From assembly GCF_046119375.1 (NCBI RefSeq), contig NW_027362761.1:201934001-201998000 (forward strand): a stretch of DNA of 64,000 nucleotides, given 5' to 3'. A program made the translations under genes and the position numbers. The DNA is from Phyllobates terribilis (Eukaryota). Below, one piece after another: positions 1 to 15,749 of this stretch. Each line of letters starts with the position of its first letter. Positions within the stretch are counted from its first letter, which is position 1. The notes beneath the pieces were generated by a model. That model ran no database searches. It was not told where the DNA came from and saw nothing but the letters and a program-made list of their open reading frames with translations.

Positions 1-290
1 AATAAAACTTTTGATGGTTCTGTAATCACACCCCAATATCTTAGCAATTTCAAGAGTGCTGCATCCCTCTGTAAGACAATTTTTGACTTTTCTGAATCAG
101 TAAATCTCTCTTTTGGCCCATTTTGCCTGAGGAAAACAAGCTGCCTAACAATTCTGCATACCCTGATAAAGGGTGAGGTATCCATAGGCTGCAGCGTCCC
201 TCATTACAAAAATACACATCACCTGATCTGCTTCATCCAATAAGCATTCACATTTATACAGCTTGGAGTTGGACCATATGCCTAAAATTG
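1..290 (-). mobile_element. Tc1-family 5' fragment running off the window edge
   Basis: The minus strand reads MGQKRD...EIAKILGCDYRTIK, like the 18493 family. Confidence 0.6.
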
Positions 291-1339
291 ATGACATAGT
301 TAAAATACTCACATAATAATTCTGCACACAGTGTATGTTTCATGCAATTTTCTAAATTATTAAAGATGTTTTAATATATCACCCACAACTAAATATATAT
401 TCTTGTCTTCTACCAGTATAGAAACCTATGCAAAACGTGACTTCGCTAATAAGACATATTAAAAACAAAATATGGCAGATGCCATGTTAAATTAAATGAA
501 TACAGCAGATTGTTCTACATTGGGTAAGTGTTAAAGGGGTTGTCTACTAATTGTCATCAGGTTTATTATGTGGCCTGATCTAGGGGTGTGAAGTTCGCCA
601 CTCGTCAAATTAAATATGAGCAGCAGCACTCGCCACAAATCTTACTCCAGTCCCTGCTGGAGTAAGATTTGTGGCATAGCAGAGGAGCACATAGAGGTGC
701 ACGACATTCAACCAACGCTCCTGATTCATGAATCAGGAGCGTCTGACTCCAGCACATCTCCTCATCAAAACCGGTGTGAACAATGCTGGTCTTGATGAAT
801 CTGGCCCTTAGTACCCATACATTCCCATTGCTGAAGCCCAAGTTGGATGCCTGACAAATGCCTGACATAGAATGACTGCAGACTTGTATCCCAAGGCCGG
901 ACAACCTCTTTAATATTGTCTTATTATATTGGGCCAAAGGGACTTTTTGGGTCCCTTAGATTCCAGGGCTTGTAAAAAACTGAACCCCTGTGCCCACTAT
1001 AGTTACGCTCCTGTGTCCAATCATCCAATCTCTTTTTCTGCTAAGTCTGCAGAAAAAAAATAAAATTGATGGAAACTGATGACAAAACTGGTTTCGTATG
1101 GAATGATTTCCGTGTCCTTTCACCTCAGTTTTCAAGTTTCCCTGAGCTAGACTGAGAAATGATAAATGTTAATTATGGCTTCAAGGTCTTGTGCGCAAAC
1201 TGTGTCAGGCAAGTAAGAAAACTGCCAAAAATACTCTATGTGAACGCACCCTGAGAAGTCTATATATGCATCAGTAGAGCACTTGATATGGATCTGAACC
1301 ATAAGATCTGGCAAACTCTTTTTTAAAATGGCACAGCTA

Positions 1340-1609
<270 letters not shown>

Positions 1610-4600
1610 CTAGAAAAGCCTCATGAGTTTGAAAATTACTTGCAATATATGTAATCAATATGTCATGTCAAAAGTGGCTGTGAGATATGAATTTATCTAA
1701 GCAATTATTCCCGTCCTTCCTAAATGTGATCTAAAGGATAACGTTTCTCCTTGTGGAGAGTGAAAAGCCAGGCCTGGCATGTCAAAGTGAGGAGACTTAT
1801 ATGCCATGCATGCTCCTAGATGTGAGCCACGACTGGCGAAATGTAGAGTTCATTGTGCAAAGAAAAATACCAACTACTTTAAAATTATTACACTACGCTA
1901 AAACCCAATTCTTAAAAAGAAAAGACAACAATATCTGAACAAGGCTTTGTCCCCAATGCATTAGAAGGCATCAAGAGTCTACAAGGCTTGCCACCGTGAC
2001 TGGCTGCGGTGAACAGACATCCAGTTTGCTTTTCGAGGGTAGAAATCTATCCTGTCAACTCTGAAGCTTGCAGGCACCAGACAGATATCTCTCCTGACTC
2101 TCACATGTATATGAGAAAGCAGTTTCCAGACTGGCAACAGCTTATCTCCCCTGAAATGAAAAGGATCAGGCATTGAAATTCCAACTGCCTGACATCATAT
2201 GTTGGGCAGAGTCAGGAGGCTCCCATGTGTTTATCCAAATGTCATCTAATGTGTATGGGGGTCTTAAATGGGCTAATTTTAAAATAATTTATCAGCTATA
2301 AATAAGATAAGATCGACAGATTAGGGAACTTTTATCCTCAATTGGGAACTTTTATCCCTGTTACAAGATAGCGTGGCAGGCCAGACGCCCGACAACTACT
2401 CCATTCATTCCTTATGATGCTGCTGGAAAAAGCTGTGCGCAGTGCTCAGCACCCCCATAGGGAATGAATGGAGTGCAGGTCGCAGATGTGCACTGCCACT
2501 CCATTAGAAGTTCCTCGTTCTGCCGATCATTGAGCCCCTGCCAATCGACAAGTTATCACCTAGTTTTAACAGGACTACCCCTCTAACAGTATTTCTACGA
2601 GAGAGATATCTGAAGTCAAGTCTCACATGAGTGTGAGATTTTCATCCTCTGAAAGCAAACAATGATGGATCCCATTCAATGCCTAGAGGTAAGGTTCCTG
2701 AAAACAGTCATAAACTGAAATACAAAGAATGGTGGAAAGTTGCATAACTCCTTTAAAGAAGTACACAAGAGATGCTCAGAAAGGAGATACATAAGTTGTT
2801 GATTTATTATTTTTATATAGAAGGAATAAAGGCAATCATCCAAATTATGGACCATAGTTTACAAGTCATCCAAGTCACATCACATATGACGGAGCTACTG
2901 ATAATGTCATTCAATATCATAACATGTAAAGCAGACGATAGAACTTATTTGCCTTGAAATTCCTTCATTAATAAAAAATCAAAACTTTCCCTGCTGCAAT
3001 GAAAAAAAAAAATATTTCGACAGACATATCCCATGTCCTTAGATGCACTTTGAGTTAAAAAATGCCTGTAGCCATGGTTCCCAAATTCTGCAATTTTATA
3101 CCATATTTCCATAGTATATTACAACGAGTTTGTCTCTACATACCCCAGAGAAAAAGAAGAATCTCTAATAGATTTACTTTGTAACATTTTAGGATCATAT
3201 AAACAGCAACCTAAAATTGTGAACAGCAAATACAGAGTATGGCACAGTTTTCTCCCCAAAACTAAGCGCCATGACAGATCGACACAGAAGCCAGCATGCA
3301 TCGTACTTCAAAGGAAACAGCGTTGCTAATTTCAGCAGCGCACCCAGTTACCCCACAGTAATCCGGTGAGCAGTCACCGGGACACCACAGATGTGCACCA
3401 CACAGGGAAAAGCTGCAATTTACAGTCGCTATTTATGTGTAATTTTAGCCCACCGGCCAATGCAATAACAGGAGAAGTATATTGGTAGGCAGCAAAATTT
3501 CCACAGTTCTCTAAGTGTTATATTTAAGTCTGGTGAGACACAAAGCAGCAATTCATTCTCTTAATCACAGTGTTTCTTGTATGTGCTGTTTATGTGCAAG
3601 ATAATTGCCGAGATGCTGCACTTCACCTTAGGGGTGTTCTTCATTCCACTCGTGACTGTTTGTGTTCAGTGTATATTTAGGTCCTTACCATTTAATTTAT
3701 CATTTACACTCAAGAGATCTATCTTATGTGCAGAATGGATTATTTGGCCCCCTTTAACACCCAGTAAACAATACCTACAATACCTACAAAATATAGCTGT
3801 TCCTGTGCAAGAACCTTCATAATATATGGTACATACTTTTATTCATATCAGACACTATACTTGTTTGGGTCAGAACACCACACAGGAACAAAAATGTAAA
3901 TGCATCGGTGGCAAACGGAAGCAGAAAAGACCAACTGTCTAATGGTAGCCAAATGGAAAAATCCAGCATCCGCAGGAAATGTGGTAAGTATATTAAAACA
4001 TTATTTTATTAGCAACATAGTTAAAAAAGGGAAACATTTAAAATCAAAACATACAAAGAGAATAAAAGGACACGGGTCTACGCGTTTCGAGCATAGCCGC
4101 TCTTAGGCCTCTTTCACACATCCGGATATTTCCAGTACTGGAAAAAACAGTACCGGAGATTTCCGTGTCCGTGTGTCTGATACATGTAGAAACCCTGTGC
4201 CGCGTCTGTATCACATGTACCAGCGCCTGGGAATCAGCGGTAGTGTTAGCTCTGTTCCCAAGCACTGGGTGCTGAACGCTGCCCTCATCATTGTCCCCTG
4301 CTGGAGCTGCTATCGGCGCTAGCAAAGGACAATGATGACAGTAGTATTCTGCTCCCGCTGGTGTACAAATAAGAATAAAATAAAAATAATCCTTATACTC
4401 ACCTATCCGAAGATGTACCTTGCTGTAATCCACCTGACCGATCACGCCAAGGAGAATGACTCGCTGCAGCGAGCGAGCCCCTGCTCTGTACTTAACTCAC
4501 TGAGTGACAGGGCACAGCTCGCTGGAGCGAGTCATTCTCCCCAGCGTCAGCAGTCACACGGGTTACAGCATGGGACATCTTGGGACAGGTGAGTATAAGG

Positions 4601-5159
4601 ATTTTGTTATTTTATTCTTATCAGCAGGAGCAGAATACTACTCTCATCATTGTCCCTTGCTAGCGCTGATCGCAACGCCGTCAGGGCACAATGATGAGGG
4701 CAGCATTCAGTAACCTAACTCTAGTGCTGATTCCCAGGAGCCGGTATGGGTCACACTGATGACACAATGATGTCATCTGTGTGTCATCACTGTGCATGTA
4801 TGTTGGACGTTTTGCGGGCTGTGCTGTGAGAAAAACGGCCATGTCAGTGTGTTCTGCCCATGGACACACACTGACATTAGAAGAGACCCATTCATTTGAA
4901 TGGGTCTACGTGTGTCAGTGTCTCCAGTATGTGTGTAAACGGACACCACACGTACTCAAAACACTGACATCTGAAAGGCACCTTAGTCAGGACTAAGAGC
5001 AGTTATGCTCGAAATGCATAGACCTGTGTCCTTTTATTCTCTTTGTATGTTTTGATTTTTAATATTTCCCTTTTTTTAACTATGTTGCTAATAAAATAAT
5101 GTTTTAATATACTTACCTCATTTCCTGCGGATGCTGGATTGTTCCATTTTGCTGCTATA

Positions 5160-5320
5160 CAGTGGGGAAAAAAAGTATTTAGTCAGCCACCAATTGTGCA
5201 AGTTCTCCCACTTAAAAAGACGAGAGAGGCCTGTAATTGAAATCATAGGTAGACCTCAACTATGACAGACAAAATGAGAAAACAAATCCTGAAAATCACA
5301 TTGTCTGATTTGGAAAGAAC
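5160..5320. mobile_element. Solo TIR fragment of the 45595-47121 Tc1 family
   Basis: Near-identical to 45595-45750. Confidence 0.85.
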
Positions 5321-6268
5321 ATTCAGCAAAATTTACAGCATGCTCTGATTTAAGCATGGATTTTTGGGCAACACAGTTTTTAAAACCCCATCCACAAGCA
5401 GTGTACTGTAACTCGCTGTGGATTTGCGGTAAGATATCTCCACCACAATGTCTGTGTTGGGGTTTGTAGGCCCTTGAACTAATTAGAATTTTGATTATGG
5501 TCTGTCCAATGCAAAAAATTAATTCCCCCGAGTAATTATTTCCCAATTTTTATTCTGTTCAATGAAAGCATAGCCAAAAACATTCTCTGCCTAACTACGA
5601 GGTACAACGTATTAAATAGGATTGTCAGGCAGTTAATTCTTAGCAACCAGTCTGTCAGGGACTACGATGAGACAGGCATACTATCTCCATAATCTCCACA
5701 TTTATCTGATTTTTGGGAGAACAAAACATTCAAAGCCTACAAATAGTTGAACTGGTTTACAGCCTATGGCTTTGTTCACATGACTGTAATTTCAGTCCGA
5801 GTGCTAAATGTGGAAAAAGCTGATATCACACGGTCTACACTAGGACCAATTGGGCTGTTCAGATGACATTTTTTCTCATGGATCGAATGTCAGCATGAAA
5901 AAAACTGAAGCATGCACTAGTCTCTTCCATATTCCAGATGAGACTCAAGTCTATGGATGCGTAAAAAAAAAATCAGATCCCATACAGATCAACAGTATAG
6001 CATCCAATTTTTAATAGATATATTGCCATTCTTACAGAAGCACTCCTTTGAAATGTTTTTCTCTAATCCTGTGTATCTACGTATGTTGTGTACTCTCAAT
6101 GTATTAATAAGCTTACTTATCGCCATCTTATCCAGCACTGCTGTGCTCCTCTTCTCGGTGAGGTGACTGCTCTTCAGAATCTCAGGGTCATGATGCACTC
6201 TGCGTGACCCAGAAGCGACTTTTACAATGTAATCCTATGGAGCATCAGAATGAGGCTCCAAAGACTTA

Positions 6269-6606
6269 GGGTACGTGCCCACGATCAGTATTTGCAGAGT
6301 TTTGGATGCAGCTCACCTGCGCTGCGTCCCAAATGCTGCATTCCACATTAGAGGCACAGTGGATGGGATTTATAGAAATCCCATGCCCACTATGCTTCTA
6401 TTTGCCGCCGTGTAAACTCACCGGCAGCGCGGCTTTACGAGCCGTAGTATGTCAATTTCTGTTGCGGAGAAGCTCTCCGCAACAGAAATGTCCCCAATTG
6501 AATGTATAAGGTGCGGTAACTCCTCATGTGTTGAATGAACACATGCGGACGTAGCAAAAATACGCTGCGTCCAAAGCACTGCTATAGCCTGATCGTGGGC
6601 ATACCC
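6269..6606. mobile_element. Harbinger MITE
   Basis: TTA TSD and TIR GGGTA.G.GCCCACGATCAG. Confidence 0.8.
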
Positions 6607-7491
6607 TTACATTGTAAAATAGACTTCCGGCTCACGCATAGAGCATAAAGTGAGCAGGATAGTCTGAAGAGCAGTGACCACTGACCTCACTGAAAAGAGA
6701 TGCAGAGCGGCGATGGATCCTCGAGAAGGCAGCAATAAGTGAGTATATTAATACACTGACAGTACACTATATACATATATACACAGATATAGAGATTAAA
6801 ATGTGCATGAGAGGGCTTCTATAACATAGGAAATGCTGAATGCCGTACGGATGCCAATATAGATGAGAAATTGGCTGCTTTTTCTGGTTGAAAATTAGAT
6901 AATTTTTTTTTTATAGGCTTGTGTAACCGTAGCCTAAGGGTACGCTCACACTGCTGTATAACACGGCCGAGTGCTATCTGATGTTTTATTGGGCAGCACT
7001 TGGCCCAATGTTATACTATGAGGCAGTGTAGATCTGCAATTATTTTCCTATGCCGATTCGGTATGAGAAAACAATCGCAGCATGCTGCGAGTGCATCCGA
7101 TATTCAGATCACATGCTCCCATACAAGTCTATGGATGCGTGTGAAAATCAGACTGCACTCGGATGTCATCGGATGTCACTCGGGAGAATTGGATCACACT
7201 AATATGACACTCCGCTCACACTCTGACAGAGTTTGAGTCGAGTGTCATTAGCATAATCAGCCCGATTCTCTCACCTGTGAACATATATTAAAAGTCAAAA
7301 ATATTGCACTTGGTGGAAGATAGCTGACCATCACCTTGACATATTGTAGAACTTGTACAACAATTGATACAACTTCTAGCATTTTTAGTTACATCCTTTA
7401 TTTGGAAAGCACAAACATGAAGATAGTCATTAGTATAAAAACATGAAAAATACAGTAGACATGACAGAGGCCTCCAGGACATGACACTTAC

Positions 7492-7534
7492 ATTTCATTT
7501 GCTTGGAAATGGGCTTATTGGGATCAAGCCAATG
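7492..7534 (-). CDS. frmd3: FRMD3 internal coding exon (equivalent to exon 3)
   Basis: 43-bp exon between tttcAG and GTaagt. Translates HWLDPNKPISKQMK plus 1 nt, joining the previous exon in phase 0 and the next in phase 1. Confidence 0.93.
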
Positions 7535-8169
7535 CTGAAAAGAGAAAGCAGATGTCAGTGATATAAGCGGAGTAAACAGGCACTATGAAGGCAAAAAACC
7601 TTGTAGAGCGACAGACATGGCCATATGAAGCATAATAATATATAACGGTAATATATTAAATACAACAATCGTTTTACTTTGAACATTTCAATGACATTTT
7701 ATACGGCTATTTGTATGTGCAAGTACTCGGTTTCACTGTACGATCAGTGGGAAAAAGAATAATGAGTGAAATAAAAGTTACGGAAATAGAAGCCTATAAA
7801 TATTTCGCCATAATCTAGGTCTTTGTATTCTTATGCACAGTGTGACTGTCATGCAGAGATTTTAAAGCAATAAACATTCCTCTCTGGAAGTGAATAGCTA
7901 CTTTCTGTGTTTCCTTCTTACTGGTAATATTTCTGTTATTCTAACCATTTAAGTGCGTTCTCTAATTATTCTGAATGACTCTGTACATTAGTTTTATTGT
8001 ATGCGCAACAATACTACAGATTATAAAACTCATGGGTTCTTCCATACACATATCGGTTTGTGTGCAAAGGATCTGCAATGTTTTATGTGCAGATGAATGC
8101 ACACAAAATGTTTAATGCATAGTATACATTTTTTGGCAGTCAATGTGTGATGCATAGGCATACAGTGTA

Positions 8170-8332
8170 GCCTTTTGTTATATCCCTCGTAGACTGTGAG
8201 CCCTCGCGGGCAGGGTCCTCGCTCCTCCTGTACCAGTCGCTGACTCATTTTGTTAAGATTATGTAAATGCTTTTGTTATGTATATCCCTATCACATGTAA
8301 AGCGCCATGGAATAAATGGCGCTATAATAATA

Positions 8333-8361
<29 letters not shown>
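8170..8361 (+). mobile_element. 3' tail of an L2/CR1-clade LINE or SINE
   Basis: GACTGTGAGCCCTCGCGGGCAGGG...TGTAAAGCGCCATGGAATAAATGGCGCTATA followed by (TAA)n. Confidence 0.7.
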
Positions 8362-8363
<2 letters not shown>

Positions 8364-8702
8364 TGTAAATGTCTGCATAAAAATATTCCGGATATTCAGT
8401 TCTAGTGAAAGAACTAAAACTGTATGAAGTACCTAAAAACACTGTAAAGTTATTGTTGCTAAAGTAAAGGCTCAGTCAGAACGTCATTTGGTTATGATGT
8501 CAGTGCTAATGTGGGGCTATCAGACTATTCCGACACCTCTAATTAGCAGAAATGAAGAGAAGTTCACTGCCAGCTCCTTTCTGAAGTTGTGAGCTGACTG
8601 ATATCTGACATAGAGGGACATAGGCCAGGACCCTCAGGTATGGGTCTGCTTATAGCCTAATCATCAGGCTCTTTCTTCTGTGGAAGATTGTTTGCCAAGT
8701 GT

Positions 8703-9268
8703 TACTGCATCTGTACATGTGGATTACATGCGTTTCAATGTGCGGATGGTACCCGGGTCTGGAGGAGAGGAGACTCTCCTCCGGACCCGGGTACCATAGA
8801 ACCTGTAAAAAAAAGAATAAAATAAAAAATAAATATTATACTTACCTTCTGACGGCCCCCGGTGTCCTTGTCTTCGCTTGCCGGCAGATCAAGGTGGACA
8901 GTGTAGTGTACCGCGAGCTGCCGGCAAGCCAGGACGGATCCAATAAAGACTCCGGGGGCCATCAGCAGGTAAGTATAATATATTTTTTTTTTTTACCATT
9001 CTTTTACGGTCACACTATATAAATCCATGCCGGTTGCATGGATTTATATAGTGTGACCAAGTTGTCAAGCACTTTCCAAGTGATGCTAAAATCGCTTGGA
9101 AAGCGCTTGTCAACCCGCATGCGGAAATGCATGTGAAGAACGCTTCACATCCGCATGTCCCTGGCAGGAAAACGCATGTACAATCCGCATGTCCAATCCG
9201 CATGCGTTTTTTCTGCCAGGGAGATGCAGAAACGCTCAGGAAAAAATCTGCATCGTGGGCACTTAGCC
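8703..9268. mobile_element. Harbinger MITE family A, 5'-truncated copy
   Basis: Collinear with the 3' part of the 57460-58318 copy and ends GTGGGCACTTAGCC-TAA. Confidence 0.8.
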
Positions 9269-9454
9269 TAATACATGATAATCCAGACATAACCAATGCA
9301 GCAAAGGATAATCTTAAGGTTTTGTGCCAGAGTAGACACCATGTTGGGCAGAATTCTGCAGCTGACGTGGAGCTTTCATTGGAAAAGTCAGCTGATGCAC
9401 CAACTTCTACTTAGACCTTTCTAAGTGATATAAACCCTTCAGGACCCACCTATA

Positions 9455-11091
<1,637 letters not shown>

Positions 11092-12513
11092 TATATTACC
11101 TACCACCGAAAAGTATGAAATCTGTTCCAGCTGAGTGCTGAAAGCTGCCTAACATTTTATTAAATACCACTCCATTTTATTTTTTTCTTTTTCATTTCAT
11201 CATCAGATAGGTATACTGTAAGTAATGTATGTTCCATATTGGTAGTAGACTACTTACCAGTCACCGACTTCTGCTGTTCCCAGCAGCACTTTGGGCTTCT
11301 TCTGTCCAACGTGGCCACAATTTTGCCTGGCCGGATTACTCCAGTGTCCGCTGGACGGACAGGAAGTAACTCATCAATGTAAGTCTATGAGACTCAGAAC
11401 GAAGCTCTCATAGAGCTACATTAAGGGGTCACTCACACTAGTGTACAGCATCCGATGACTCTCACATGTGAGAGAATCGGATGCTATATGCAATGACCCT
11501 CGGCTCAATCTCCGCTGTGGGAGTGATCCAAGTGTCATTTTAGTGTGATCCAATTCTCTCGCATGTGAGAATCGGATCAAAGGTGCAGAGACGATGGAGA
11601 ACTTCATTTCATGCATATGTGTCTTTTTATATAGTGTATCTAAACTTCTGGTTTCAACTGTATATCTTAGAGAAATCTGCTTCTTTTCCTCCTTGACTGA
11701 TCATTCATTTTCAAAATTCTCAATTTATTAGTAAAATGTATTGAGCAAAAACAGATTGCCATTTCCTATTGTAGGCAATATAAAAATATGTCTTCACTTA
11801 ATACAGATTTTACCCATAAATTAAGAATTTTGAGACTGAATCAGTCGAGGAGGAGAAAGAAGCAGATTTCTTTAATAACATATATTACAAAGTTGCCTAT
11901 TTTCGCTTTTACTAATAATTCATATAAAAAAAATGTAAATGACGATTACTTCTTTGGCCCCATTAGGAGTCATATCAAGTCCAGCACTATCCCTAGCATT
12001 GCACCAAGGTAGCTGATACATTTTAGTTGCATAATGCATCACACCGGGGAATCTATGCCCCACATTTATCATGCCTTAATTTATCATGTCTCATTTTGGC
12101 AGGGTCTGCTCAGGTTAAAATATTTGACCATTGGAGCCAGTTTTCAACATTTGTCTTCTTGCTCAAAAAAAAAAAACGGGTAAGAAGAGTGAATAACTGT
12201 ACTGCAAAAATTTTCATAAACGTATTCACAGCGAGAATAAAAAGAAATTCAGAGAGTCTGACCATTCCAAATGCACAAGATTTATTAGATATCATGCATC
12301 TCTGAAAAAAAAAATGGTACATTTGTAATTAACTGCACTCTTAAATTTAATTGCTACAAAATTGCCCTAATTAAAAATTGTGGACCTACGGTATGTGTTA
12401 TTTGTGGGAAAACAGGTCATATGATGCATTCCTGTACCGAGGGTGGAAAACTTTCTTTACATTTTCTGATAAACGTATCAAATTGCCCTCATGATTAAGG
12501 TGTGTATCTTTAA

Positions 12514-12928
12514 AGCACCACTCCAGCGTTTTTTTTTTATTGCACCGCTGGAGTGGTGCTTTAAATGTAATTCCCCTGCCCCCGTCTGATGCTCACCTTC
12601 AGGCGTTTTCATCTGTTTTCGCTGCCGATCCCATCGACTTCAGGAGAAAAGTGACCTGTCGGCAGCTCCAGTGTTTCATGGAGTGGTGCGGAGGTCACTT
12701 TAAGTCTATGAGAGCCTCGTTCTGGCTCTCATAGACTTGTATTGAGAGCTTGTGGTGTAGCTTCTGACTTCTGGTCAGTCAGGAGCTACTGTCACAAGAG
12801 GGCGCCGCGGGATTGGAGTGGTACCAAAAAAAGGTGAAGATGCTGGAGGGTGATTATGTGACCGGGGGCTTACATTTAAAACGCCACTCCAGCGGTGAAA
12901 AAAAAAACAATAACGCTGGAGTGGTGCT
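12514..12928. mobile_element. Kolobok/T2-type MITE with terminal hairpins
   Basis: TTAA-AGCACCACTCCAGCG...CGCTGGAGTGGTGCT-TTAA. Confidence 0.8.
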
Positions 12929-13555
12929 TTAAGACCTTTGCAGAATGATTCAGATGTGAGCAGCGAATAGTATCCACCAAACACATAATTGAATGTCATC
13001 CCAGAGTTCTCTCTCTCTATGGGCATGCTGCAGACAAAATAAAATCCTTCTTTTCTTCTAGCAGCTGTTATGTTAGGATTACCATGGTTACATAAGCATG
13101 TCCCCAATGCGGACGGCTGATTGGGAACCTGAATGCTTACAAATCTGCAGAAATGCTTCTGTCCGTGCTGCTATTGCTACAACTGAAGCTGAACACTCAT
13201 ATTTTAAAGGACCAATTGTCTTAGTGTCACACTGTGTCCAAGGACAACGGTCAGAGGTTTAACTATCACTATAGCAGTCATAACATGGCGTCCTGGTGTC
13301 AGGGGGTCAGACCACCAGTAAGTACACTAAGGACAAAAAAAAAGAGAGGAGAGGAGCATGCGCAACATTATTTACTATACATCGCACCTAGCACAAAGTC
13401 TTTGTATTACCGAGCATCTTGGAAGTCAGCCCCAGTTTGCTTTAGTGTCAGGTCAGGGCAGAGAAGGAGGGCGAAGGCTCCTAGCACGGCAGCAGTCTAC
13501 AGATCTGTCCCAGAATGTCAGGACCAGGAGGCTGTCTGCAGGTCTTTATTATTAA

Positions 13556-14247
13556 GGGAAAAAGAAATCCAAACCTACAGGACCCTGTGTAAAAAAGTGA
13601 TTGCCTCCTCCCCTTAAAACATAAATTAACTGTGGTTTATCACATCATTGGGAAGCAGAGTTCAATTTCCCAAGCCACATACAGGCCTGGTTACTGCCAC
13701 ACCTGTTCTCAATGAATAAATCACTTAAATAGGACCTGCCTGACAAAGTGAAGTAGACCAAAAGATCCTCAAAAGCTAGATATCATACTGCGATCCAAAG
13801 AAATTCAGGAACAAATGAGAAACAAAGTAATTGAGATCTCTCAGTCTGGAAAAGGTTATAAAGCCATTTCTATAGCTTTGGGACAACAGTGAACCTCAGT
13901 GAGCCATTATCCACAAATGTTGAAAACATGGAACAGTGGTGAACCTTCCCAGGAGTGGCAGGGAGACCAAAATTACCCCAAGAGCACAGTGACGACTCAT
14001 CCAAGAGGTTACAACAACATCCAAATAAATGCAGGCTTCACTTGCCTCAGTTAAGGTCAGTGTTCATGACTCCACCATAAGAAAGAGACTGGGCAAAAAT
14101 GGCATGCATGGCAGAGTTCCAAGGCGAAAACCACTGCTGAGCAAAGTACATAAAGGCTCGACTCAGAAAACATCCTGATGATCGCCAAGACTTTTGGGAG
14201 AATACTCTGTGGACTGACGAGACAAAAGTTGAAGTTTTTGGAAGGTG
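13556..14247 (+). mobile_element. Degenerate Frog Prince-like Tc1, 5' half
   Basis: Decayed frame RSKEIQEQMRNKVIEISQSGKGYKAIS...LWTDETKVE resembles the Frog Prince transposase as recalled. Confidence 0.75.
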
Positions 14248-14249
14248 TA

Positions 14250-14705
14250 CAGTGGGGAAAATAAGTATTTGATACACTGCCGATTTTGCAAGTTTTCCCA
14301 CCTACAAAGAATGGAGAGGTCTGTAATTTTTAACGTAGGTACACTCCAACTGTGTAGTTTTTCTTTAAGAAGCCCTCCTACTCTGTACTCATTACCTGTA
14401 TTAATTGCACCTGTTTGAACTCGTTACCTGTATAAAAGACACCTGTCCACACACTCAGTCAATCACACTCCAACCTCTTCACCATGGCCAAGACCAAAGA
14501 GCTTTTCAAGGACACCAGGGACAAAATTGTAGACCTGAAAAAAAGGCTGGGATGGGCTACAGGACAATAGGCAAGCAGCTTGGTGAGAAGGCAACAACTG
14601 TTGACACAATTATTACCTATGATAAAAATTACAGACCTCTTCATTCTTTGTAGGTGGGAAAACTTGCAAAATCAGCAGTGTATCAAATACTTATTTTCCC
14701 CACTC
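14250..14705 (+). mobile_element. Internally deleted Tc1 derivative (456 bp)
   Basis: TIR CAGTGGGGAAAATAAGTATTTGATACAC, TA flanks, and an N-terminal stub [18 protein letters not shown]. Confidence 0.85.
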
Positions 14706-14771
14706 TATATACCGTATTTTATATTTTATGTGTATATGTTATTTTACACATATATTAGCAGAAAAGAGTAA

Positions 14772-15408
14772 GGCCTCATTTAGACGTCAGTGATTTCTCA
14801 CGTACTCAGTCTGAATATCATTAAAATGGGTTTCCATCTGATTTTCATCAGTGTTTGGTCAGTGTGTCAGTTTTTACCATCAGTGTTTCATCAGTGATTT
14901 TTACATATATAAAGAAATAGCAAAGCCTCTCCTATTCATCGCAATGTTAATCACGGACAGCGCATGGATTTGTCCATTGATGCCATCCATGTGCTGGCCA
15001 TGATATTTTTCCAAGACCCATGGACTTGTATTAGTCATTTTGATCCGTGACGTGAATTAAAAACAGACATGTCTCCATGATTTTTTGCGGACACACAGCC
15101 TGCAAAAACAATAACATTTGAACAGCTCCAAAGATTATAATGGGTATGTGTTTTATCTGTGAAAACTATGTTTAGAATAAGTATGTGAGAAACAGATGTC
15201 TGAATGAGACCTAAGGCCATGTTCACACATTCAATATTTGGTCAGGATTTACATCAGTATTTGTAAGCCAAAACCAGGAGAGGGTGATAAATACATTAGT
15301 GGTGACGTGTTTTTATTGTACTTTTCCTTTGATTGTTTCATTCCTGGTTTTGGCTTACAGATACTGATGTAAAATATTGACCAAATACTGATACGTGTGA
15401 ATGTGTCC
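14772..15408. mobile_element. Two abutting Harbinger-type MITEs (14772-15211 and 15215-15408)
   Basis: GGCC...GACC and GGCCATGTTCACAC...GTGTGAATGTGTCC, sharing a TAA. Confidence 0.7.
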
Positions 15409-15749
15409 TTAGAGAATCTGCTGCATATCTGGCCATAGGCAGAAATGCTCCGGATTTTTTCCTGAGCGTTTCTGCATCTCCCCTGGCAGAAAAAACGCAT
15501 GCGGATTGTACATGCGGATTGTACATGTGGATTGTACATGCGGATTGTACATGTGGATTGTACATGCGGATTGTACATGCGGATTGTACATGCGTTTTCC
15601 TGCCAGGAACATGCGGATCTGAAGCGTTCTTCACATGCATTTCCGCATGCGGGTTGTCAAGCGCTTTCCAAGCGATTTTAGCATCACTTGGAAAGTGCTT
15701 GACAACTTGGTCACACTATATAAATCCATGCAAACGGCATGGATTTATA

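Noticed and set aside
9000-9065. Perfect hairpins resembling pre-miRNAs or terminators
   Set aside because: They are internal palindromes of a multi-copy Harbinger MITE.
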